In this document: positions 60,202-64,000 of the stretch, one piece after another
Layout: every line of letters begins with the position of its first letter
How positions within the stretch are numbered: the stretch's first letter is position 1
Source: an uncultured Alphaproteobacteria bacterium
GTDB taxonomy: Bacteria; Pseudomonadota; Alphaproteobacteria; Rhizobiales; Xanthobacteraceae
Direction of reading: 5' to 3'
NCBI GenBank assembly: GCA_963799475.1
Contig: CAWCXD010000006.1
Span: 17,096 to 81,095, forward strand
Length of the DNA: 64,000 nucleotides
Position numbers and translations under genes: made by a program
The notes under the pieces: model-generated
The model's database searches: none
Told to the model about the DNA's origin: nothing
Seen by the model: only the letters and a program-made list of their open reading frames with translations

Positions 60202-62472
60202 CTAGATCTGACCATGGAAAGTTCGGCTGATTACATCCTTTTGTTGTTCCGGCGTTAGGCGAACGAAGTTGACGGCATAACCCGATACGCGGATCGTGAG
60301 CTGCGGGTATTTATCGGGATTCTTCATCGCGTCCTCGAGCGTTTCCCGGTCGATCACGTTCAGGTTCATATGGAATCCGCCGCGCTTAAAGTAGACGTCG
60401 AATGCTTTCACCGCTTCGTTGATAAGCTGGTCCTCGGATAAATGCGCCTTCTGAGGGGCGACAGACACGGTGTAGCTTATGCCGTCCTGTGCATCTCTGT
60501 AGGGAAGCTTCGCGACGGAGAGACAGGACGCAAGCCAGCCGTGGCTGTCTCGTCCATGCATTGGGTTCGCGCCGGGGCCGAACGGCTCGCCCTTGCGGCG
60601 GCCATCGGGAGTATTGCCCGTCGCCTTGCCGTAGACCACGTTCGACGTGATGGTGAGAACGCTTTGGGTGTGCGTCGCGTTGCGATAAGTAGGATGCTTG
60701 CGAACCTTCTCCATGAATCTGGTCACGATCTGCGAAGCGATCTGATCGACGCGATCGTCGTTGTTACCGAATTGCGGCGTCGCCTTGTTGCCTTCGTTTT
60801 GATAATCGACAACCAGCCCGCTTGCATCGCGGACGACCCGCATTTTACCATACTTGATAGCGCTGAGACTGTCGGCGACCACGGACAGTCCGGCTATGCC
60901 GAACGCCATCGTTCGCAAGATATCACGGTCGTGGAGCGCCATCTCCAGGCGCTCGTAGAAGTACTTGTCGTGCATATAGTGGATGCAGTTCATCGCATGC
61001 ACGTAGGTCCGGGCGAGCCATTCCATGGTGGTGTCTAACTTGGCCATTACGTCGTCGAAATCGAGGAACTCGCCGATCACGGGCTGCGTTTGAGGCGCGA
61101 TCTGGTCACCCGATACTTCGTCGCGTCCGCCGTTGATCGCATAGAGCAGAGCCTTGGCGAGGTTTACGCGGGCGCCGAAGAATTGCATCTGCTTGCCGAG
61201 CCGCATGGCGGAGACACAGCAGGCAATGCCGTAGTCATCACCCCAGAATGGCCGCATCAAATCGTCGTTCTCATATTGCAGCGACGACGTGTCCTTGCTG
61301 ACCTTGACGCAGTAGCGCTTGAAGCTCGCAGGCATATGATTGGACCAGAGAACCGTGATGTTCGGTTCAGGCGCCGGTCCGAGATTGTTGAGGGTGTGGA
61401 GCATGCGATAGCTGCTCTTTGTCACCAGCGCTCGGCCGTCCAGATCCATACCGCCAACGCATTCGGTGGCCCAATAGGGGTCACCGCTGAACAGCGCGTC
61501 GTATTCCGGGGTACGCAGGAACCGGACGATGCGGAGCTTCTGCACCAGTTGATCCCAGAGTTCCTGCGCCCGGCCTTCGTCGAGAACACCGGCCTTCAAG
61601 TCACGTTCGATGTAAATGTCCAGGAAACTTGAGATGCGTCCGATGGACATTGCGGCGCCGTTGGCTTCCTTGATCGCACCCAGATAGGCGAAGTATGTCC
61701 ACTGGAAGGCTTCCTGCGCATTCATGGCGGGCTTCGTGATGTCATGGCCGTAGAGCTTCGCCATCGAGGCCAGGTCCTTGAGCGCTCGCATTTGCTCGGA
61801 CAATTCCTCGCGCATGCGGATGATTTCATCGGTCGGCCACATGTCGTCGATCTGCGCCCGTTCGGCGTGCTTGGCCTCAAGGAGCCGATCGATGCCGTAG
61901 AGGGCGACGCGCCTGTAGTCGCCGATGATCCGGCCGCGACCATAGGCATCGGGAAGTCCGGTAATGATCCCGGACCTTCGACAATTCATGATCTCCGGCG
62001 TATAGGCATCGAACACGCCGTCATTGTGCGATTTTCGATACTTCGTGAAAGCTTCATGAACGAGCGGATCAGGTTCGAAGCCCGCGGCCTTCAGGCCAGC
62101 CTCGACCATCCGCAGCCCGCCGAACGGGAAGATGGCTCGCTTGAAAGGCTGGTCGGTCTGGAGGCCTACGATGACCTCGTTGTCGCGATCGATGTAGCCG
62201 GCCTTATGCGCCAGCATCGTCGATGGGGATTGGGCATCGACGGCAAGCACTCCCTTTTTCCTTTCGTCGGCGAAGTACGGCTGGAGCTTTGCCCAGACAG
62301 CTTTTGTGCGCTGCGATGGTCCTGCGAGGAAGTCCTCATTGCCGGTGTAAGGGGTGACGTTGCGGACGATAAAGTCGCGAACGTCAATGGAGGTGAGCCA
62401 GGCTCCGGGCTGAAAACCATTCCAGCAATCCCCGGCATGGGCTTCTTTCCTCAGAGCGGCACTTGCCTTCAT
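60202..62472 (-). CDS. pflB: Pyruvate formate-lyase (formate C-acetyltransferase)
   Basis: '[17 protein letters not shown]', Cys-Cys 'IACCVS', glycyl-radical loop '[10 protein letters not shown]'. Confidence 0.97.
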   Translation of the reverse strand: MKASAALRKEAHAGDCWNGFQPGAWLTSIDVRDFIVRNVTPYTGNEDFLAGPSQRTKAVWAKLQPYFADERKKGVLAVDAQSPSTMLAHKAGYIDRDNEVIVGLQTDQPFKRAIFPFGGLRMVEAGLKAAGFEPDPLVHEAFTKYRKSHNDGVFDAYTPEIMNCRRSGIITGLPDAYGRGRIIGDYRRVALYGIDRLLEAKHAERAQIDDMWPTDEIIRMREELSEQMRALKDLASMAKLYGHDITKPAMNAQEAFQWTYFAYLGAIKEANGAAMSIGRISSFLDIYIERDLKAGVLDEGRAQELWDQLVQKLRIVRFLRTPEYDALFSGDPYWATECVGGMDLDGRALVTKSSYRMLHTLNNLGPAPEPNITVLWSNHMPASFKRYCVKVSKDTSSLQYENDDLMRPFWGDDYGIACCVSAMRLGKQMQFFGARVNLAKALLYAINGGRDEVSGDQIAPQTQPVIGEFLDFDDVMAKLDTTMEWLARTYVHAMNCIHYMHDKYFYERLEMALHDRDILRTMAFGIAGLSVVADSLSAIKYGKMRVVRDASGLVVDYQNEGNKATPQFGNNDDRVDQIASQIVTRFMEKVRKHPTYRNATHTQSVLTITSNVVYGKATGNTPDGRRKGEPFGPGANPMHGRDSHGWLASCLSVAKLPYRDAQDGISYTVSVAPQKAHLSEDQLINEAVKAFDVYFKRGGFHMNLNVIDRETLEDAMKNPDKYPQLTIRVSGYAVNFVRLTPEQQKDVISRTFHGQI

Positions 62473-62580
62473 GGTGCTTCTCCCAGCTTGGATAGGTTAC
62501 TTTTTGGCACTCGCGGCCGACCGGATCCGTCAAAGACGGCGCGACGCAAGCTGATCATTGAGCCAGCGCATTGTCGGACC

Positions 62581-62594
62581 TTGATCTATGTCAA
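62581..62594. promoter_or_regulatory. FNR/FixK box (pflB side)
   Basis: TTGATCTATGTCAA. Confidence 0.75.
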
Positions 62595-62665
62595 CCCCGG
62601 CGCGACGGGCGGCGCGCGGTCAACTTGTCCAAGCAGCTTGCGGTTGGGCAACGGATGTTGCGCCA

Positions 62666-62679
62666 TTGACCTAGATCAA
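62666..62679. promoter_or_regulatory. FNR/FixK box (pta side)
   Basis: TTGACCTAGATCAA. Confidence 0.75.
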
Positions 62680-62752
62680 CGCTGCACCGCCAATCGCGGC
62701 TCTGATCGGACGAGGGCGTGGGTAACGCCAGTCACGGGTTCGGAGAGACATC

Positions 62753-63724
62753 ATGACAGAGAGGTCGGCAACGACGAGCGGAACGAAAGCCCAAAGCAAG
62801 TATGACTTTTTGATCGCTGCGACCAAACCGTTGCCGTCGGTACCGACCATTGTCGTACATCCCTGTGATGAGACCTCGTTGCGTGGCGTCGTCGACAGCG
62901 CGGAAGCGGGTATCATCCGTCCCTTGTTGGTTGGACCGGAAGCCAAAATCAAGGATACGGCGAGCAAGCACGGCCTCGATGTCGGGGGCTTCGAAATCAT
63001 CGACGCTCCCCACAGCGAGGCGGCTGCTGCCAAGGCTGTCGAATTGATCCACGCCGCCCGCGGCGAAATGCTGATGAAGGGCAGCCTGCACACTGACGAA
63101 CTGATGCGGAGCGTTACGGCCAAGACCGATGGATTGCGGACCAATCGCCGTATTAGTCATGTGTTCGTAATGGATGTGCCGGCCTATGCTAACACCATCT
63201 TTGTAACGGACGCGGCAATCAATATTTTCCCGGATCTCGACGATAAACGGGACATCATCCAGAATGCCATCGATCTCTTTACGCAGGCCGGCTTCGGCAC
63301 GTCGCCGCGGGTGGCGATTTTATCCGCGGTCGAGACCGTTACCACCAAGATACCGTCCACGGTCGAGGCGGCGGCGCTCTGCAAGATGGCCGATCGCGGG
63401 CAGATCACGGGCGGACTGCTCGACGGGCCGCTCGCGTTCGACAACGCGGTCGACGTGGAGGCGGCGAGGATCAAGGGTATCACATCCGAGGTTGCAGGCC
63501 GGGCGCAAATTCTCGTCGTTCCTGACCTTGAGGCCGGGAACATGCTGGCCAAGAACCTCGCGTACTTCGCTAAAGCCGATGGCGCTGGAATCGTGCTTGG
63601 GGCTCGCGTGCCGGTCGTTCTGACCTCCCGTGCGGATTCGCCGCGGACGCGCATGGCCTCCTGCGCGGTAGCTGCCCTCTACGCCAACGCACGACGTCAG
63701 CGTGCTCCAACCGTTGCGGCGTGA
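62753..63724 (+). CDS. pta: Phosphate acetyl/butyryltransferase
   Basis: 'LMKGSLHT', 'TDAAINI', 'DGPLAFDNAV', 'LTSRAD'. Confidence 0.9.
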   Translation: MTERSATTSGTKAQSKYDFLIAATKPLPSVPTIVVHPCDETSLRGVVDSAEAGIIRPLLVGPEAKIKDTASKHGLDVGGFEIIDAPHSEAAAAKAVELIHAARGEMLMKGSLHTDELMRSVTAKTDGLRTNRRISHVFVMDVPAYANTIFVTDAAINIFPDLDDKRDIIQNAIDLFTQAGFGTSPRVAILSAVETVTTKIPSTVEAAALCKMADRGQITGGLLDGPLAFDNAVDVEAARIKGITSEVAGRAQILVVPDLEAGNMLAKNLAYFAKADGAGIVLGARVPVVLTSRADSPRTRMASCAVAALYANARRQRAPTVAA

Positions 63725-63729
63725 CTGCC

Positions 63730-64000
63730 ATGGATACGATCCTTGTCGTGAATGCCGGCTCCTCAAGCGTCAAGTTCCAGATATTCGCGATCGAGGGGGA
63801 GGGACGATTGCGACGCCAGATCAAGGGGCAGATGGACGGGGTCGGCACCCGTCCGCGGCTTCGCGCGACCGGCGCGAGCGATGATCCGGTGGCTGACCGA
63901 GCCTATCCGATCGAAAGTGTCCGAGATGTTCCGGCCGCGCTGGCTGTCGCGGGCGGTTGGCTGCGCGACGAGATTGGGATCGCCCCGATCGCCGTCGGAC
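63730..64000 (+). CDS. ackA: Acetate/propionate kinase, 3' truncated by window edge
   Basis: Translates as MDTILVVNAGSSSVKFQIF...AVGH. Confidence 0.9.
   Translation, partial: MDTILVVNAGSSSVKFQIFAIEGEGRLRRQIKGQMDGVGTRPRLRATGASDDPVADRAYPIESVRDVPAALAVAGGWLRDEIGIAPIAVG

Noticed and set aside
1103-62805. Long antisense ORFs (e.g. 1103-2374, 15519-16706, 17060-18934, 49533-50549, 61744-62805)
   Set aside because: Shadow frames of well-supported genes caused by high-GC codon bias; no protein motifs

Overview
High-GC alphaproteobacterial window; gene families and style suggest Bradyrhizobium or a close relative (inference). It has five blocks. (1) 1-8 kb: a CzcB/CusA/TolC RND efflux operon, aqpZ and small proteins. 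(2) 8.1-13.7 kb: a compact thiazole/oxazole-modified RiPP (TOMM/LAP) cluster. It encodes a signal-peptide-like precursor with a 13-Cys (R/G)GC-repeat core, an RRE-E1-YcaO cyclodehydratase (split here by a 1-nt frameshift) and a SagB/ThcOx dehydrogenase, with a divergent VOC protein. This is the best candidate for an undescribed system. (3) 13.7-34.6 kb: opgC, a leucine-catabolism operon, a TRAP transporter, a SAM-cyclase-STAND-TPR protein facing an atypical Cys/Glu patatin, an O-acyltransferase and a porin. (4) 34.6-53.6 kb: a decayed mobile island with many small ORFs, an IS66 (8-bp TSD) carrying a nested truncated IS4, phage/ligase remnants, and a 1272-aa uncharacterised protein bracketed by two copies of a serine-resolvase 5' end. 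(5) 53.8-64 kb: an FNR/FixK-box-controlled fermentation cluster (pflB-pflA-aspT-focA-fabI, divergent pta-ackA). All calls come from motif recognition by eye; no searches were run.
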